Assembly (NCBI RefSeq): GCF_006345805.1
Contig: NC_043007.1
Span: 29,636,001-29,700,000, forward strand
DNA: 64,000 bases
From: Octopus sinensis
Lineage: Eukaryota
Direction of reading: 5' to 3'
Position 1 is the first letter of the stretch. Every line of letters starts with the position of its first letter. Shown here in pieces: positions 61,856 to 64,000 of this stretch. The notes under the pieces are model-generated. The model ran no database searches and was not told where the DNA came from. It was given only the letters and a program-made list of their open reading frames with translations. Both the position numbers and the translations under genes were made by a program.

Positions 61856-62136
61856 TATTATTATTATATTATTATATTATTATTATTATTATTATTATTA
61901 TATTATTATTATTCTATGTTTGACTTTTGCTTTATGTCTGTACAAGTTGGCTCCAAGTCTCACCCAGAGACCTCAAGAGACAACAGGTTGGAAGTTCTGT
62001 GCCATATATTTGGGGTTTTTTTTTTGGTGTTGTACTAGTGAATGTCTAATACATAAAAATAAAAAATAAATAAATAAATAAATAAAAAATTTTTAAAAAA
62101 AATTAAAAATAAAAAACTTTTAAAAAATATTTTTTA

Positions 62137-62175
<39 letters not shown>

Positions 62176-62205
62176 TATTATTATATTATTATTATTATTA
62201 TTATT

Positions 62206-62415
62206 CAGTAGTTTATTTTTTTATAGCGTGCTTTCACTTCACTACCGAGCGCAGCTCTGATGCCTTGGGTATGTGCTGTGATTTGTTGTGATGCTCTGAT
62301 GGTTATTGTATGGAAAGTGTTCTGCGTAGGATTGTGCAGTCCTAGTAGTGCAATTTTCTGTATGTTATATGTGTTTGTAAGTCCTGGTGTTTTTGTTATG
62401 TATTTGTCTGATATT

Positions 62416-62417
<2 letters not shown>
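62206..62417 (-). mobile_element. Dong-like family A 3' fragment, (TAA)n on both sides
   Basis: Same terminus and 3' UTR as 27382 and 40738. Confidence 0.9.
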
Positions 62418-62497
<80 letters not shown>

Positions 62498-62513
62498 GTT
62501 GTTGTTGTTATTA

Positions 62514-62568
<55 letters not shown>

Positions 62569-62600
62569 CGCATACATACATTAGCAATCTCTGTATCATA

Positions 62601-62855
62601 GTTAATGGACTGTTTAAAAACAGAAAAGTACATCAGTAGCAATCGTCCTGTAGCGGCGGCGGCGGCGGGAGTGGCAGATACGCATTTCTTTTCGGCCTTC
62701 GCCAGCAGCATGCTTCCATTGATAACCGCATGCCGAGACATAATCCATCGCCCAAAAATCAGAAACACACATCTAGCATTCCTGCCGACGCTACTCGACG
62801 ATTTTCGTCTGCTACTGATGTATCTCTGTTTGATGCAGCACAGCACGTCCATAAC
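62601..62855. repeat. Diverged foldback (inverted) repeat, GC-richer than flanks
   Basis: TACATCAGTAGCA (62629-62641) pairs perfectly with 62810-62822, with further nested matching blocks. Confidence 0.75.
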
Positions 62856-63146
62856 AGATAACATCGCCGGACGAGCGCTGGACTTTTGTGCGATGTATTT
62901 GCATCACACTGATTGATAATTTGATCGAATGCTGCTTTTGTTGCACAGAACGAATTCAAATACACACACACACACACAGACGCTCGCATGTGCATGCATA
63001 ATACATACGTACATTATATATATATATATATATTATATATATAAAGTTATCCAAACAAGAAAGCACAAAAAAAAAAACACAACAACGCGAGGACGTGGAA
63101 CAAATATAGTATTATTGGACGCTCAGGAAAGAAGGAAAGAAGGAGG

Positions 63147-63180
63147 GTTTAACGTTTCGTGCCGAGCTCTTCGTCGGAAC
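63147..63180 (-). ncRNA. Degenerate minimal hammerhead motif in a Penelope-like pLTR fragment
   Basis: Minus: gtt-CCGACGA-A-GAGC tcg GCAC-GAA-ACGT-T|aaac. Confidence 0.5.
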
Positions 63181-63278
63181 ATAGGAGAAGGAAAGATCCA
63201 GAAAGGGAAGACAGAGGGAAAAAAATCGCCAAACATATATATATACATATATATATATACATATATTATATATATATA

Positions 63279-63338
<60 letters not shown>

Positions 63339-63801
63339 CCAATTAAGGACTGAACACGAAAAGTGGACAGTCAACATGCTAGATATAGACGTCAAATCGC
63401 CATTCACCACAAAAGATTATGTTCTCAGATCAAACTCAACACAAAACCATAGCAATAAACAACTGAAAAATATACGAAATAAAATAATTACCCATGTACT
63501 AAATTAGTTTCAGCTGTTATTTTCCGCAAGGAAAACTGCAGCCATCATCAGCATGGTCCGTTATAAATTACATTTATAACGGACCATGCTGATGATGGCT
63601 GCAGTTTTCCTTGCGGAAAATAACAGCTGAAACTAATTTAGTACATGGGTAATTATTTTATTTCGTATATTTTTCACTTGTTTATTGCTATGGTTTTGTG
63701 TTGAGTTTGATCTGAGAACATAATCTTTTGTGGTGAATGGCGATTTGACGTCTATATCTAGCATGTTGACTGTCCACTTTTCGTGTTCAGTCCTTAATTG
63801 G
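63339..63801. repeat. Near-perfect palindrome: 230-bp arms, 3-nt spacer, one mismatch
   Basis: 63339-63568 is the reverse complement of 63572-63801 except C/C at 63463/63677. (TA)n lies on both sides. Confidence 0.97.
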
Positions 63802-63928
63802 TATATATAAATATTTTAATCTTCGGATTCTTTTTTAATATGCTAGACCACTGGTCTTAATTGATAATATCAATTTCTACCCTTAATTAATGTTATATAT
63901 ATATATATAATATATATATTATAAGTAT

Positions 63929-63934
<6 letters not shown>

Positions 63935-63998
<64 letters not shown>

Positions 63999-64000
63999 AA
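63935..64000. repeat. (AG)n microsatellite
   Basis: Directly visible. Confidence 0.95.

Overview
AT-rich, very repeat-dense animal genomic DNA, most likely an octopus or other coleoid cephalopod. That assignment is inference, based on tRNA-derived SINE families resembling the described octopus OK/OR1/OR2 SINEs and the heavy microsatellite load. I recognise no intact host gene; at most there are a few weak exon or promoter candidates, so the window reads as intronic or intergenic. Nearly all ORFs in the track are microsatellite translations or antisense to transposon relics. The window contains a decayed hAT transposase, two Tc1/mariner relics (one with long IR-DR TIRs), CR1/L2-type and RTE LINE fragments, at least nine fragments of RLE-type (R4/Dong-like) retrotransposons, Lep1-like non-autonomous Helitrons, Penelope-like fragments with minimal hammerhead motifs and many SINEs. 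Most RLE fragments sit in (TAA)n tracts in one orientation. The most unusual object is a 772/795-bp head-to-tail repeat at 59.1-60.9 kb. Each unit carries a structured RNA-like domain with all three hammerhead strands in a non-canonical, pseudoknotted order (A-C-B), suggesting a retrozyme-like element. There are also several foldback palindromes and pre-miRNA-sized hairpins. All base pairings were worked out by eye and nothing was computed.
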